Assembly (NCBI GenBank): GCA_963675755.2
Contig: CAXXMD010000003.1
Span: 384,001-448,000 of the forward strand
Direction of reading: 5' to 3'
Length of the DNA stretch: 64,000 bases
Origin: a bacterium
GTDB lineage: Bacteria > Zhuqueibacterota > Zhuqueibacteria > Residuimicrobiales > Krinioviventaceae
This document shows positions 1 through 9,219 of this stretch, in pieces. Position 1 is the first letter of the stretch. Each line of letters starts with the position of its first letter. The notes under the pieces are model-generated. The model was given only the letters and a program-made list of their open reading frames with translations, did not search any database and was not told the origin of the DNA. Position numbers and translations under genes: made by a program.

Positions 1-508
1 GGCTACCAAACACATCTTTGGCTACTTCGCCTCCCAGAAAAACCACACGTTTCTTTTCAAGCTGGTCTTTTTGGTTTAAAAAACGCCCACCGGCAGCAGG
101 ATATGTTCTGCGCAAAAATTCAAATTCCGGGTACACACCTTCCATAAAAGTAGAAGCACTTAATTCACCATTGCGCAGACGCACATGTCTGCCCATTTGC
201 GCGTTAACAGCCACTACTTCGGGTATACTTTCCAATAAAATCCGAGCATCATCTTCAACCAGGCGAATGCGTCTGCCAATGGGCATTCCCTGGTATTTTT
301 TGGTTGTCTGACCACCATAGATTCGGATGATCCGGTCACCGGCATTTAAAAATCCTTCTTTCATCCGGAAAGCCAAGCCTTCACCAAAAGCCATCAGCAG
401 GATAACCGCCAGCGTACCCCAGGTGATTGCAATAGTGGTTAAAAACGCACGGGTCTTTTGCTTTTTTAAATCACCAATAAATTCCTGTAAAAAAATCATT
501 ATTTGCAT
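1..508 (-). CDS. ABC transporter permease (MacB/FtsX family), runs off the left edge
   Basis: Not in the ORF track because its stop lies outside the window. Read by hand from the ATG at 508: MQIMIFLQEFIGDLKKQKTRAFLTTIAITWGTLAVILLMAFGEG...GGRFLNQKDQLEKKRVVFLG, a paralog of the adjacent permease. Confidence 0.9.
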   Translation of the reverse strand, partial: MQIMIFLQEFIGDLKKQKTRAFLTTIAITWGTLAVILLMAFGEGLAFRMKEGFLNAGDRIIRIYGGQTTKKYQGMPIGRRIRLVEDDARILLESIPEVVAVNAQMGRHVRLRNGELSASTFMEGVYPEFEFLRRTYPAAGGRFLNQKDQLEKKRVVFLGGEVAKDVFGS

Positions 509-523
509 TGCGCAACCTTTTCT

Positions 524-1762
524 CTAGTATCGCAAACATTCAATAACATCCAGACGTGAGGCTTTGCGTGCCGGGAAATAACCGGCTAAAAATCCTATCA
601 AGCCCAAAACTGCTGTAGATGCAATTGCCACACTCCATGACAATTCCGGATGTCCTACATATTCTTCTATTGGAAGCTTGGAAATCAGTTTAATCAAAAC
701 AACTGCCAACGCCAGCCCGATTGCCGCACTCATACCAATTATCATAAAAGACTCGAACAGAAACTGGCCCATGATCTGCTTGCTTTTTGCGCCTATCGAG
801 CGCTTGATCCCAATTTCCCGGGTACGCTCCTGGACCACAACATACATAATATTAGCGAGTCCAATGCCTCCAACAATCAGAGTGATAGTACCAATTATAC
901 CCAAAAAGATTTTGAATCCCAGGCTGAAATAATATATAAACTTGTCCTGCTCGGTGGTATCCCAAATACCAAGAGCCTGTTTATCTGTGGGATCAAACTT
1001 TAATTTCTTGCCCAAAACTTTATATATTTTATCTTCCGCAATCTTGTTCCTGCGTGGATCAGCAACCTGGTATACTACATTACTTACATATACATAACCA
1101 TAAATGGATTGAAACGTAGTCATTGGCATAAATACACGATCATGATCGCGTGATGAATAACTGGAAGGCTGGGTCTTCTCTTGCAATACACCAATAATAC
1201 GGAAAGGGATATCTCCTACCATCAAATACTTGCCTATAACCGATGCATTCTCACCGTACAAAAGATCTCGCAGCTTGTACCCGATGAAACAAACCCGCCG
1301 TTTTTCCTTTAAATCCATATCATTCAACCATCTGCCTCCGGGACGAGGCAAAACATTGCGCATTGCACCGTATTCCGGGAGCATTCCGGCAATGGTAGCC
1401 TGGTTGATCTTGTCACCATGACGTACCGGAACACCATATTTAATAAACTCGGGACTTATGGCACTAAACTCACCGACTTCATTACGCATCAGTTCCACAT
1501 CTTCGGCACGTAAACGAATACGTCTTTCTTTATTATATCCCTGAAAAACCTTGCTGGTTCTTCCCGGCCACATGATTGCTATACTTTCACCCATGCCGTG
1601 CATGTTTTTTTTCATGGATTTTTCAACGCCAACACCAAAAGCCAGCAGCAATACAATGGTCATGGTTCCCCAAATAATACCAAACATGGTCATAAATGTT
1701 CGGCCTTTGTATTGCCTGAGGTAATAAAAAACTTCTCGAATATTATCTAAAAGCTGGTTCAT
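524..1762 (-). CDS. ABC transporter permease (MacB periplasmic core plus FtsX domain)
   Basis: N-terminal TM (TFMTMFGIIWG), large periplasmic domain, FtsX signature GGIGLANIMYVVVQERTREIGIKRSIGA, C-terminal PARKASRLD. Confidence 0.93.
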   Translation of the reverse strand: MNQLLDNIREVFYYLRQYKGRTFMTMFGIIWGTMTIVLLLAFGVGVEKSMKKNMHGMGESIAIMWPGRTSKVFQGYNKERRIRLRAEDVELMRNEVGEFSAISPEFIKYGVPVRHGDKINQATIAGMLPEYGAMRNVLPRPGGRWLNDMDLKEKRRVCFIGYKLRDLLYGENASVIGKYLMVGDIPFRIIGVLQEKTQPSSYSSRDHDRVFMPMTTFQSIYGYVYVSNVVYQVADPRRNKIAEDKIYKVLGKKLKFDPTDKQALGIWDTTEQDKFIYYFSLGFKIFLGIIGTITLIVGGIGLANIMYVVVQERTREIGIKRSIGAKSKQIMGQFLFESFMIIGMSAAIGLALAVVLIKLISKLPIEEYVGHPELSWSVAIASTAVLGLIGFLAGYFPARKASRLDVIECLRY

Positions 1763-1771
1763 ACGCTCACC

Positions 1772-2878
1772 TTATATGATCTCTTTGATCTTTTTTTCCA
1801 GCACTTCATCACCTTCATTCAGACCAGAGGTAATCTCTATGGTAATGGCATCGCTTAAACCGGTTTCAATAAATTTTTCTGTGGCTTCTTCACCCTCGGG
1901 AGCAGGCAGCATAACAAAAGCAGAATCACTGCGAAAGGTTATCACACGTTCTGGTAAAGACAGTACACTATCTTTTTTCGCGATAATAACATTTACATTT
2001 GCAGAGAACCCGGCCCGTAATACAGCATCGTCGGCCTTGTCAATAACAATTTCTACAGGGAATACGGTGGTATTGTCTTCTTTACGTGCTTTAAGAGAGA
2101 TCAATGTTACATGCCCTGTAACTTTTTTGCCCGGTAACGCGCCAATTTGCAAGTCACAATTCATACCTTCTTTGATTTTGCCAACATCAATTTCATCAAC
2201 TGTGCCCTTGAATATCAAATCATCCATATTGGCCATTTTCATCAGTTCAGTACCCGCCTGATATGATGTTAAAGGCACAACCGGATCACCAACATTTACA
2301 CTTTTTTCAAGAATAAAGCCAGAAATGGGGGCCTTGACAACGGTTTCAATATCTGTATCTGCAATTTTCACTTTACCTTTTTCTATCAGGTCCAGTCCTT
2401 CTTTTGCAATTTTGTGACTCAAAACAGCTTGTTCATATTCCTGATTCAGGGTTTCATATTCCTGATCAGAGATCAGGCCTTTTTCAAGCAGGTTCTTTTT
2501 ACGGGCTATTTCTTTTTTAACAGTTTCAAGTTCAATCCAGGCGCTTTCAACCCGTCGTTTGGCAGCCGCCAGTTCAAGCGGTGTAGGATCGGGATTCACC
2601 TCTAAAATAACCTGCCCCTTTTCAACAAAATCCCCAACATCTACCAAGAGTTTCCCAACTACCCCGGAAACTTTGGATTTAACCGCAATCTCATTTCTGG
2701 GTTCAATAGAGCCCACCGCAAGGGCTTTATCTATAATATCTGCACGTGATACCTTGACTGTATTTTGGGGTGCTTCTTTTTTGCCAGTCTTTGACAAAAC
2801 AACAGCCGCACCAACAATTAATACCAATAATATAATGATCACGATCCAAACTATTTTTTTTCTGGATTTCCTTGCCAT
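1772..2878 (-). CDS. Efflux periplasmic adaptor (MacA/HlyD-type membrane fusion protein)
   Basis: N-terminal anchor, lipoyl half-motifs (VKSKVSGVVGKLLVDVGDFV; VKAPISGFIL), coiled-coil hairpin, C-terminal GLNEGDEV; GGAGG RBS. Confidence 0.92.
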   Translation of the reverse strand: MARKSRKKIVWIVIIILLVLIVGAAVVLSKTGKKEAPQNTVKVSRADIIDKALAVGSIEPRNEIAVKSKVSGVVGKLLVDVGDFVEKGQVILEVNPDPTPLELAAAKRRVESAWIELETVKKEIARKKNLLEKGLISDQEYETLNQEYEQAVLSHKIAKEGLDLIEKGKVKIADTDIETVVKAPISGFILEKSVNVGDPVVPLTSYQAGTELMKMANMDDLIFKGTVDEIDVGKIKEGMNCDLQIGALPGKKVTGHVTLISLKARKEDNTTVFPVEIVIDKADDAVLRAGFSANVNVIIAKKDSVLSLPERVITFRSDSAFVMLPAPEGEEATEKFIETGLSDAITIEITSGLNEGDEVLEKKIKEII

Positions 2879-2915
2879 TTGGGTGATTCCTCCATAAATA
2901 ATAAATACCGGAATT

Positions 2916-2953
2916 AAAAAAAGGGCTACATGTATTATTACGCATGCAGCCCT
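2916..2953 (-). terminator. Rho-independent terminator after the alcohol dehydrogenase gene
   Basis: Minus strand AGGGCTGCATGCG-TAATAA-TACATGTAGCCCT followed by a T run. Confidence 0.8.
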
Positions 2954-2992
2954 GAATTGTTACAAAAATAGAATGAATAGTTTTCACCTATT

Positions 2993-4144
2993 TCATGCGG
3001 CAAGTTCCAAAATTTCTTCAACTTCTTTAAACGTAATCTTGCCATGCTCACCCAACTTAACCTTGCGGTTTTCAAGTTGTGTTACAGCTTTACTACAATC
3101 TGCCGGTGTCAAATCCACATCCTTCAAGCTCACCGGTACCTGCATCTGCTTGAAAAACGCAACCGTTTTTTCTATAGCATGATCAATTGCTTTTTCATCA
3201 TCAGAGGTCTCAACGCCCCAAACTCTGCGGGCATATCTCGCAAGCTTTTCACCTTTTTCTTTGCGTTGATGTTTCCAAACTGCGGGCATTACAATTGCCA
3301 GCGTGCGGGCATGATCAATTCCATAAAGTGCGGTTAATTCATGACCTATCATATGCGTTGCCCAGTCCTGAGGCACTCCGGTTCCGTTCAAATGATTCAG
3401 AGCCATTGTAGCAGCCCACATAATATTGGCACGCACATCATAATCCTTTGGATTCTCAAGAGCCTTGGGGCCTTCTTCAATCAAGGTCATCAATAGTGCT
3501 TCTGCATATCTGTCCTGAATAGGTGCATTTACATCATAGGTCATATATTGTTCCATAATATGAGCAAATGCATCTACAACACCATTAGAGATTTGTCGTA
3601 CCGGTAATGAAAATGTGGATTCAGGGTCCAGGACTGAAAATTTCGGATATACATTGGGATTTCCAAAAGCCAGTTTTTCACCGGTTTCATCTCTCGATAT
3701 CACGGCATTCATGTTCATTTCTGACCCGGTAGCCGGCAAAGTCAACACGCTTCCAAAAGGCATAGCAGATTGTATTTTAGCACCGGATGTCAAAATATCC
3801 CAGGGTTCGCCATCAAACTTGACTGCTGCTGAAATAAACTTGACCGCATCCAGTACCGAACCGCCACCAACCGACAATACAAAATCCACTTTTTCCTTTT
3901 TAATCACATCTACCGCCTTCATACAGGTAGTATACTGTGGATTTGCTTCAATTCCGCTGAATTCAACAATATCATAACCAGTTAATGCATTCATAACCTG
4001 ATCATAAACGCCGTTATTTTTTATGGAACCGCCACCATAAGCGATCATAACCTTTGAGGATTTATCAATCAACCGAGACAATTCTTTTATAGTACCTTTA
4101 CCAAAAACAATTCGTACTGGATTATAAAACTCAAAATTATACAT
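2993..4144 (-). CDS. Iron-containing, NAD(P)H-dependent alcohol/aldehyde reductase (YqhD/BdhA-like)
   Basis: YGGGSIK, VGGGSVLD, TLPATGSEMN, metal ligands D(AFA)H, H(MIGHE), H(ARTLA). Confidence 0.93.
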   Translation of the reverse strand: MYNFEFYNPVRIVFGKGTIKELSRLIDKSSKVMIAYGGGSIKNNGVYDQVMNALTGYDIVEFSGIEANPQYTTCMKAVDVIKKEKVDFVLSVGGGSVLDAVKFISAAVKFDGEPWDILTSGAKIQSAMPFGSVLTLPATGSEMNMNAVISRDETGEKLAFGNPNVYPKFSVLDPESTFSLPVRQISNGVVDAFAHIMEQYMTYDVNAPIQDRYAEALLMTLIEEGPKALENPKDYDVRANIMWAATMALNHLNGTGVPQDWATHMIGHELTALYGIDHARTLAIVMPAVWKHQRKEKGEKLARYARRVWGVETSDDEKAIDHAIEKTVAFFKQMQVPVSLKDVDLTPADCSKAVTQLENRKVKLGEHGKITFKEVEEILELAA

Positions 4145-4230
4145 CTAAAATTACTCCTTTTTTTATACAGTCATAAAAATAATAAAATCTCTAAACATTT
4201 AAAAAGGATTTGTTGGGTAAATTATTCCAT

Positions 4231-4267
4231 AAAAAAAGCCCTCTGCTTATTGGTACAAACAGAGGGC
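4231..4267 (-). terminator. Rho-independent terminator after the MCP gene
   Basis: GCCCTCTG...CAGAGGGC stem with T7 on the minus strand. Confidence 0.8.
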
Positions 4268-4300
4268 ATGGCAGGACACTATTATGAGCAATGCAGTTTT

Positions 4301-6343
4301 TTAAAATCTTTCAAAATCACTGTCATATGAATCGCCTCCATTAGAAGATGTGGATTCAAGTTGAATATGAACACCACCATTAGCTTTGCTGGTACCATTT
4401 TTCGTATTGATTTTTGTAGTTTTTGCAACATTTATAGTCTTGTGTTGTCTTGCCCGCTTTGTAACATTGCCAATATTGAAAAACTCAACGGTTTCAAGCA
4501 ATTGTTCTGCCTGGCTGGACAATTCTTCAGAAGTTGATGACATTTCTTCAGCAGCAGAAGCATTCTGTTGAATAACCTGATCCAGTTGCTGCATGGCTTT
4601 GTTAACCTGCTCAACACCGGTACGTTGTTCTATACTTGCAGCAGAAATTTCCTGCACCAGGTCAGCAGTACGCCGGATATCAGGCACCAATTCTTTCAAC
4701 ATTTCACCGGCTTTTTCAGCGACTTCAGAAGAGGATCCGGCAAGCGTGTTAATCTCTGCGGCAGTTTGTTGGCTGCGCTCAGACAACTTGCGAACACCTT
4801 CCGCAACAACAGCAAATCCCTTTCCATGTTCACCGGCGCGGGCAGCTTCAATAGCAGCATTCAATGCGAGTAAATCGGTTTGGCGTGCAATCTCTTCAAT
4901 TATTGAAATCTTACTTGCAATTTCTCTCATCGCAGCTACTGTTTCATCAACTGCTCTGCCACTTTCCTCCGCATCTTTGGATGCTTTGGTGGCTATTTTT
5001 TCGGTCTGCTGGGCATTATCTGCATTAGCTTCAATGTTTGAAGCCATTTGTTCCATTGAAGAAGATGCCTCTTCTGAAGAAGCTGCCTGTTCAGTTGCAC
5101 CCTGTGACATTTCTTGTGAACTGGAGCTCAATTCCATACTACCAGATGAAACATTATCAGCAGCAGTTTGAACATCCATAATTACACTACGGAGTTTTTC
5201 AATCATGTTCCGTAACGCCTTGGCCAATTGGCCAATTTCATCATCCTGTTCCAAATCAAGTTCAGCTGTCAAATCACCGTTAGCAACACGTTTTGCAAAC
5301 TCTACACCTTTGATCAATGGTGCTGTAATAATCCGTGTCAGAAAGACTGCAAAAGAAATACCAATCAATAAAGCGAGTACCAGTCCAACGATCATGGTTA
5401 AAGATGATGATTTGAGTATTCCCACAGTATCTTTTGCAATGCCTTCAGTCTGGTTAATACCAGCCAATGCAACATTTTGAGAGCCTTCTAGCACCTGATT
5501 AGCAGATTGGTCACGTTTTACATTCAAATCTTCTAATTTATTCCAATCATCCAAAATAGCCAGACCCGTGTTTTTATAAAGATCCGCAGCTGCTTTGGTA
5601 TCATCAATCTCTTTAATATCCTGAGCTTTACGGGTAATTTCCCGCAATTCCAAAAACTTTTCATCCATCTGAGTAAATAGTGGAGTACCTTGTTCCATCA
5701 ACTCTGGCTTTCTTAATGCTTGAGATTTCCAAGCGATTAATCGTGCTGCATTTCCAAGATCTATCACATCATTTACAAGATTGATTTTACTAACCCGTTC
5801 TAACAATTTTTCATTACCGACATTACTGCGAATGTCTGATACCATTTGCGAGTTCTGACTCTGCAAAAACATACTACAACTCGTCATAAAATCTGCAGCG
5901 GCTTTATCCAGTTGCGTTTGTAATTTTGCCATATTTTGATTGGTTTGTTCGGTTTCATCAACCAGGTTTTTATAAATAGTAACTTGCTCTTCAACATTTT
6001 CAACAGATCCTTGTAATTTCACAAGATGTTTTGCATGGTCTGCAAGCTCAAGTGCATCGGACAAACTGGACTCTACTTCACCCAGATATTTACGTCCTTC
6101 ATCCAAAAACTTTTGTTCTTTTGTTAAACCATATCCCCTGATATTATACATTGTTAATAAAGAATTTCTTTCAATTTGATTTGCAACACCCACTTCAGGA
6201 ACATATTCATCTGCCAGCATATTCGCTTTTGTTTGCACTCTTGCCATATTTATAACGGCCATAGCTCCCAAAATAATCGATATGGCAATTAAAATCCCAA
6301 ATCCTAATCCCAGTTTTGTACCTAATTTAAAATTCTTTAGCAT
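4301..6343 (-). CDS. Methyl-accepting chemotaxis protein with periplasmic helical sensor, HAMP and a C-terminal DFERF pentapeptide
   Basis: Two TMs, HAMP ([11 protein letters not shown]), hairpin tip [30 protein letters not shown]. Start moved to the ATG at 6343, which follows an AGGAGG RBS. Confidence 0.95.
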   Translation of the reverse strand: MLKNFKLGTKLGLGFGILIAISIILGAMAVINMARVQTKANMLADEYVPEVGVANQIERNSLLTMYNIRGYGLTKEQKFLDEGRKYLGEVESSLSDALELADHAKHLVKLQGSVENVEEQVTIYKNLVDETEQTNQNMAKLQTQLDKAAADFMTSCSMFLQSQNSQMVSDIRSNVGNEKLLERVSKINLVNDVIDLGNAARLIAWKSQALRKPELMEQGTPLFTQMDEKFLELREITRKAQDIKEIDDTKAAADLYKNTGLAILDDWNKLEDLNVKRDQSANQVLEGSQNVALAGINQTEGIAKDTVGILKSSSLTMIVGLVLALLIGISFAVFLTRIITAPLIKGVEFAKRVANGDLTAELDLEQDDEIGQLAKALRNMIEKLRSVIMDVQTAADNVSSGSMELSSSSQEMSQGATEQAASSEEASSSMEQMASNIEANADNAQQTEKIATKASKDAEESGRAVDETVAAMREIASKISIIEEIARQTDLLALNAAIEAARAGEHGKGFAVVAEGVRKLSERSQQTAAEINTLAGSSSEVAEKAGEMLKELVPDIRRTADLVQEISAASIEQRTGVEQVNKAMQQLDQVIQQNASAAEEMSSTSEELSSQAEQLLETVEFFNIGNVTKRARQHKTINVAKTTKINTKNGTSKANGGVHIQLESTSSNGGDSYDSDFERF

Positions 6344-6344
6344 G

Positions 6345-6893
6345 TTACGCCTCCTGCGCTTCAAGTTCTTTTTTGGGCTCTTTTTTATTTACCTTTTTAC
6401 TTTTCGGTTTTTCTTCAGATTGTTGAATATTGATGATATCATCCACTGAGAATATTTTATCAATATCTAATAAAATGATAAAGTCTTCATCACTTTTTCC
6501 CATTCCGTTAATGAAATCATTGTTAATTCGTGTTCCCATTTTGGGTGCAGCTTCAATTTGTTCTTTTAATAGTTCCATCACTTCATTAACAGAATCTGCC
6601 AGCAGCCCCAATGTTATGGATTCACCATCCAGCTTGACTTCAACAATAATGATACAGGTATCACGCGTATGTTCAACTTGTCCCATATCAAATTTCATTT
6701 TCATGTCAACTACAGGTACAACACTGCCACGCAAATTAATTACACCCAGCATAAATTCAGGTGTACGCGGCACCTTGGTAATTTTTGTTAAATCCAATAC
6801 TTCTTTAACTTTTGCAATATTTATCGCATATAATTCTTTATCAAGCCTAAAGGATAAATACTGCGGAAAATCATTCTGAACATCTTTACTCAT
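6345..6893 (-). CDS. cheW: Chemotaxis coupling protein CheW
   Basis: [54 protein letters not shown]; GGAGG RBS. Confidence 0.95.
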   Translation of the reverse strand: MSKDVQNDFPQYLSFRLDKELYAINIAKVKEVLDLTKITKVPRTPEFMLGVINLRGSVVPVVDMKMKFDMGQVEHTRDTCIIIVEVKLDGESITLGLLADSVNEVMELLKEQIEAAPKMGTRINNDFINGMGKSDEDFIILLDIDKIFSVDDIINIQQSEEKPKSKKVNKKEPKKELEAQEA

Positions 6894-6897
6894 CAAC

Positions 6898-7548
6898 TTA
6901 CCTCCCTAACGATTCTTGAAGAATATCTATATTATAATCATATTTAATTCCCACAACGGTATTGTTTGGCGAAAGCAAAAATATGGTATTTCCACAACAA
7001 TCAATATGTTCTATTTCATGGTTATGTATAGTAACCTTGATCTTGCCTGAGATTTTACCCTTGATCAAAACGAATGCTTTTGAAGGCGTTTCACATAGTT
7101 TTAATAGTTCAACACGTCGTTCTTTTAAATAATATAAAATCGAATCCAGTGTCCGTTGACGATTTATCAACTTGTCCATTTCTTCCTGGACATTACCAGC
7201 AATATTTTCTTTAATCGAGGTAGATATATTTTCAATTCGTTGTTCAAGACTTGCAATTTCTTCTTCCAAAGCATCAAGTTTATCTTCTATATCATAATCG
7301 CTGCCAACCTTGAAATGAATAACAGCATTTTCAGCAACCTCCACATCTTTGACAATTATCCTTTCCCCAGCCACTAAAATTGAATTTTGAGAACTTTTAA
7401 TCTTGCCATCAATCTGAATCGTCTCGGCAGCAAACAGACATGAATTTTCTACATCATTTTCTACAAAAATATTCTGACGTGTTTTATAAATTTTATTTTG
7501 AATGGATTTACATTCAATATTTGATTCTAAAAGTGAAATCGAACACAT
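6898..7548 (-). CDS. Short protein resembling the C-terminal half of DUF342/FapA (beta-solenoid, coiled coil, beta tail)
   Basis: Beta-helix-like rungs (IFVENDVENSCLFAAETIQI; LVAGERIIVKDV..FKVG), central coiled coil, then VLIKGKISGKIKVTIH; first gene of the cheW-mcp operon. Assigned by pattern only. Confidence 0.6.
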   Translation of the reverse strand: MCSISLLESNIECKSIQNKIYKTRQNIFVENDVENSCLFAAETIQIDGKIKSSQNSILVAGERIIVKDVEVAENAVIHFKVGSDYDIEDKLDALEEEIASLEQRIENISTSIKENIAGNVQEEMDKLINRQRTLDSILYYLKERRVELLKLCETPSKAFVLIKGKISGKIKVTIHNHEIEHIDCCGNTIFLLSPNNTVVGIKYDYNIDILQESLGR

Positions 7549-7644
7549 AGCCACCCTCTACACATTTTAACTTAAGTAGATACCACCCTGGCGATAACCA
7601 CCCACCAATTAATAACTATTAATCAATATAATTGATTCTTTTAT

Positions 7645-7660
7645 ATCAAATCCTGTACCA
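7645..7660 (-). promoter_or_regulatory. Sigma54 -24/-12 promoter for the fapA-like/cheW/mcp operon
   Basis: Minus strand TGGTACAGGATTTGAT = GG-N10-GA (consensus TGGCAC-N5-TTGC), about 100 bp upstream of the start codon. Confidence 0.7.
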
Positions 7661-7678
7661 AAATTGCAAATCATTATA

Positions 7679-7691
7679 AATCAATAAGTTA
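7679..7691 (+). promoter_or_regulatory. IHF-binding site
   Basis: AATCAATAAGTTA matches WATCAANNNNTTR exactly and lies between the promoter and the enhancer palindromes. Confidence 0.7.
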
Positions 7692-7721
7692 GGCGCATTG
7701 CAGGTGTGAGGAATTTATACA

Positions 7722-7740
7722 AATTGTCATTTTGACAATT
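7722..7740. promoter_or_regulatory. Enhancer (UAS) palindrome, copy 1
   Basis: AATTGTCA-TTT-TGACAATT, perfect 8-3-8 inverted repeat. Confidence 0.75.
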
Positions 7741-7857
7741 CTAAAAAATTTGCTCAAAATTATTACTTTTTTAAAGCATAAATCAACATATTTGCGGTTT
7801 TCGGGCAAATACCTGGATAAGAATAGCATTTGAAGGTTTATGAAATTGGATTTCCCC

Positions 7858-7876
7858 AATTGTCATTTTGACAATT
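7858..7876. promoter_or_regulatory. Enhancer (UAS) palindrome, copy 2
   Basis: Identical 19-mer AATTGTCATTTTGACAATT, 136 bp from copy 1, abutting the regulator's stop codon. Confidence 0.75.
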
Positions 7877-9219
7877 TAGGACTGATATGAATGGAGTTTG
7901 CGATACAACGTCTTTAAGCCAATATCTAACAGTTTTGCGGTTTTTTCTTTGTCGTGATTGCAGTATTCGTATATTTTGAGGATATGTTTACGTTCAACGG
8001 TTTGAAGTGTTTCAATTTGCTCTTCACTGAGCTGTTCCGCTTCCTGCCTTGCAAGATGCGCTTTTTGAATTTCAACAGGCAAATGAATGATTTTGGGCGG
8101 TTTGCCTTTTGATAACAGTAATGCCCGGTCAATTACATTTTCAAGCTCCCTTACATTACCCGGCCAATCATACATCATTAATGCTATAATAAATGATTCA
8201 GAAAACTGCATGGTGCATTGTTTTCTGCGGATAAAATGCTCCATAATTAAGGGTATATCCTGCTTTCTTTCTCGCAATGGCGGCAAGGTTATCTCGAATC
8301 CGGCGAGTCTAAAATACAGGTCTTTTCTAAACATACCATTTTCAATTTCCTCTTCCAGATTACGATTTGTAGAACAAACAAACCGAACATCCACATTTAT
8401 TTCTGCAGTTCCACCTACCCTGCGCACCGTACCGGTTTCTACAACTCGCAACAGCTTGGCTTGCAGTTCAATAGGCATTTCTCCAATCTCATCCAGAAAC
8501 AAGGTTCCTTGGTTTGCGACTTCAAATAAACCGTATTTACGATTAATAGCTCCGGAGAAAGCTCCTTTTTCATGTCCAAAAAACTCACTTTCAAGTAAAT
8601 CTTGGGGAATTGCCGCACAGTTGACAGGAATAAAAGGTTCATTGCTTCGCGAACTCTTTTGATGTATGGCCTTGGCAATCAACTCTTTACCCGTACCGCT
8701 CTCTCCGGTCACCAGTACAGAGATATCAGAATCTGCAACAGAATCAACCTGTTCAAGCGTTTTGTGTAATTTCTCAGATTTGCCTGCAATTGCCGGAAAT
8801 TGTTCACGATGTAACTGTTGTTTTAACTTTTGATTTTTTTCATATAGCAGCTTGTTCTGATATAACCGTTCAACCACTTTATTAATTTTATCAAGATCAA
8901 AGGGTTTGGTAAAATAATCATCAGCGCCAATTTTAATTGCCTCAACGGCTCCCTGAATGGATGAATATCCTGTAACCAATATAACCTGGGCATTGATATC
9001 AAACGATTTGATCATTTTCAATAGTTCAATACCATCAATCTTGCTCATGACTACATCAGATATCACAAGATCATATACATACTGTCGATAGAGCTGAAAT
9101 GCCTCTATTGCAGTACCAATAGTTTCAACCTGATACCCCTGACTATTGAGGAAATCTGCCAGACTTTCCCGCAAGTCAAGATCATCATCCACAATCAATA
9201 TATTAAAATCGCGGTTCAA
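7876..9219 (-). CDS. Sigma54-dependent response regulator (REC-AAA+-HTH, NtrC/AtoC/ZraR type)
   Basis: ILIVDDD, SDVVM receiver; GESGTGKE; ESEFFGHEKGAFSGA; TLFLDEIGEM; WPGNVRELEN; Fis-type HTH TAKLLDIGLKTLYRKL. Confidence 0.95.
   Translation of the reverse strand: MNRDFNILIVDDDLDLRESLADFLNSQGYQVETIGTAIEAFQLYRQYVYDLVISDVVMSKIDGIELLKMIKSFDINAQVILVTGYSSIQGAVEAIKIGADDYFTKPFDLDKINKVVERLYQNKLLYEKNQKLKQQLHREQFPAIAGKSEKLHKTLEQVDSVADSDISVLVTGESGTGKELIAKAIHQKSSRSNEPFIPVNCAAIPQDLLESEFFGHEKGAFSGAINRKYGLFEVANQGTLFLDEIGEMPIELQAKLLRVVETGTVRRVGGTAEINVDVRFVCSTNRNLEEEIENGMFRKDLYFRLAGFEITLPPLRERKQDIPLIMEHFIRRKQCTMQFSESFIIALMMYDWPGNVRELENVIDRALLLSKGKPPKIIHLPVEIQKAHLARQEAEQLSEEQIETLQTVERKHILKIYEYCNHDKEKTAKLLDIGLKTLYRKLHSYQS

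Noticed and set aside
7722-7876. The twin 19-bp palindromes as a CRISPR array or IS ends
   Set aside because: Only two copies, 117 bp apart, with no cas or transposase gene; their position fits enhancer sites.
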